Origin: Nymphaea colorata
Lineage: Eukaryota
NCBI RefSeq assembly: GCF_008831285.2
Contig: NC_045138.2
Span: 25,792,001 to 25,856,000, forward strand
Reading direction: 5' to 3'
Length of the DNA: 64,000 nt
In this document: piece after piece, positions 62,610 to 64,000 of the stretch
Layout: every line of letters starts with the position of its first letter
Position numbering within the stretch: the first letter of the stretch is position 1
Position numbers and translations under genes: made by a program
Notes under the pieces: generated by a model
What the model was told of the DNA's origin: nothing
What the model saw: only the letters and a program-made list of their open reading frames with translations
The model's database searches: none

Positions 62610-63737
62610 CATCTGAGCCAAGTGGCTAACTGGGTACCAAGCTCAACCTACTTAGCTTGACGAACCTAGCTAGGTGAAGCCATGTAGTCAGAACCTAGTT
62701 CAGTTAAGTAAACCTATGTTATCAATATCGCTCTGTGCATTGGCAGCCACAAAATTTCTCATTTTTAGAAGAAAACTTAAAAAAAAAGATTAAAAAGTTG
62801 AAAAATAGACCGATAGGGCATGATAAGTAACAATAGCTTTAGCAACCCAATATAGCGCCAATTCTGTTGTTTTTCACTAGACTGAGGTGGACAAATATTT
62901 GCCTTTCGATTCGGATCATAAGATCTGAAGTCCTTATTCAATCGGAGATTCCAAGTATCAGGTCTGAGGTTGCCGTGGATCTCAAATCGGGGATCCCAAC
63001 TGATGCTTTTTAAATTATAAAAATGATTCCAACCCCCAAGGCTTCACGACAGTGCGAGCCATAACCAAACCTTGAAAGTACCAACATGATCACCAAAAGC
63101 TTAAAAAGATTAGACAGATCTTTTCAAATTAATGTGGCTAATCTCATTAATGACCATGCTTTGCTTAACCTTATGAGAACTAAGTTCTCAGGTTCAAGAG
63201 AAAGGCACCATTTTCTTACATGATTACAAACATGGGAAAGTAATTTTCATGGCTGTAGAGAAGGAAGGGTTCAGGGTTCCAAAGATGAAAATCGGACGAG
63301 GAAAGGACACTAGCTGAGGAATGCAGGAAATAATTCTGGTTCCCTGAGGAAACAATCCAAATGCATTTCTTTATTAGTTCTGCAAAGTGATTGGTAAGAA
63401 ACAAAGATAAAACTAAGAAAGCATTCTCAAATTTAAAGAACCGAGAGGAAACGAGAATGAATCAAGACATATAACCTTGCATGGAGTGTTTTCATTTGAA
63501 TTAGAGGCCAGAGAGAAGAGAAGGGAGAGAGAGAGAGAGAGAGGAGCATTCACATTGAGTCTCCTGGGTAAGCTCGAGATTTTTTAACGATATCAAATTA
63601 CAGTAGCATTTCTAAACAGTCACTTTCACATGCTTTTTACAGCGTTTGCAAATTCGAGCAGATCCTCCAACTTGCCACAGATACCTGCAATCCGTCCACA
63701 ACCAACATTGAACATTTGATGAAGCTCAACAACAGGC

Positions 63738-63886
63738 CTAGGAGAGAAGCTGAAAATCATTACCGTTGGGAAGTGTTGAAGACTGGATTTCCATCGCATC
63801 CACCCCAGCATCTTCAGTTGCTTCATGCCTTGTAGGCCTGAGTTTCTCAAGCTTAGTACGTAGTTCAGCGGCAGTACTTAGCAATT
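63738..63886 (-). CDS. Probable terminal coding exon of a gene extending beyond the window
   Basis: Acceptor TTTTCAG followed by an open frame (E)LLSTAAELRTKLEKLRPTRHEATEDAGVDAMEIQSSTLPNGNDFQLLS*. Family not recognised. Confidence 0.45.
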
Positions 63887-64000
63887 CTGAAAATTGAACA
63901 CATGTAAGCAAAGAACACCCAGTATTTATGTATTTATGAATATCCAGTGAAAACCAATCCGAAAGCAATAGAACTACAATTGATGACGAAAAGCTCGTTC

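Overview
Flowering-plant nuclear DNA (AT-rich intergenic DNA, GT-AG introns, many (TA)n/(GA)n microsatellites and MITEs). Genes supported by the sequence, left to right: an intronless group-E UDP-glycosyltransferase (UGT71/88-like, +); a decayed first-exon relic of an ABCB15-type transporter; a 12-exon DNA polymerase eta (POLH, +); three more intronless UGTs (-), two from a ~4.8 kb tandem duplication; a 3-exon dormancy/auxin-repressed protein gene (DRM1/ARP-like, +); an 8-exon mitochondrial basic amino-acid carrier (BAC1, -); a 4-exon SIS-like serine-rich protein (-); an intronless uncharacterised protein (+); and a probable terminal exon at the right edge. BAC1 intron 2 (8.7 kb) holds a full-length, disabled Ty1/Copia element whose gag is split by a young 770-bp hAT-type MITE. 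I found no clearly new multi-gene system. Best leads: (i) the uncharacterised gene at 60820-61386 combines a cluster of MSA-like promoter elements, a KEN box and CDK-type sites, so it may be an unrecognised mitotic gene; (ii) the nested MITE/Copia/intron structure, with no TSD and a PPT-like outer junction; (iii) the UGT array with probable gene conversion and an unusual PSPG variant; (iv) a perfect 27-bp duplication next to the POLH PIP box. All coordinates and comparisons were read by eye; no database searches were run.
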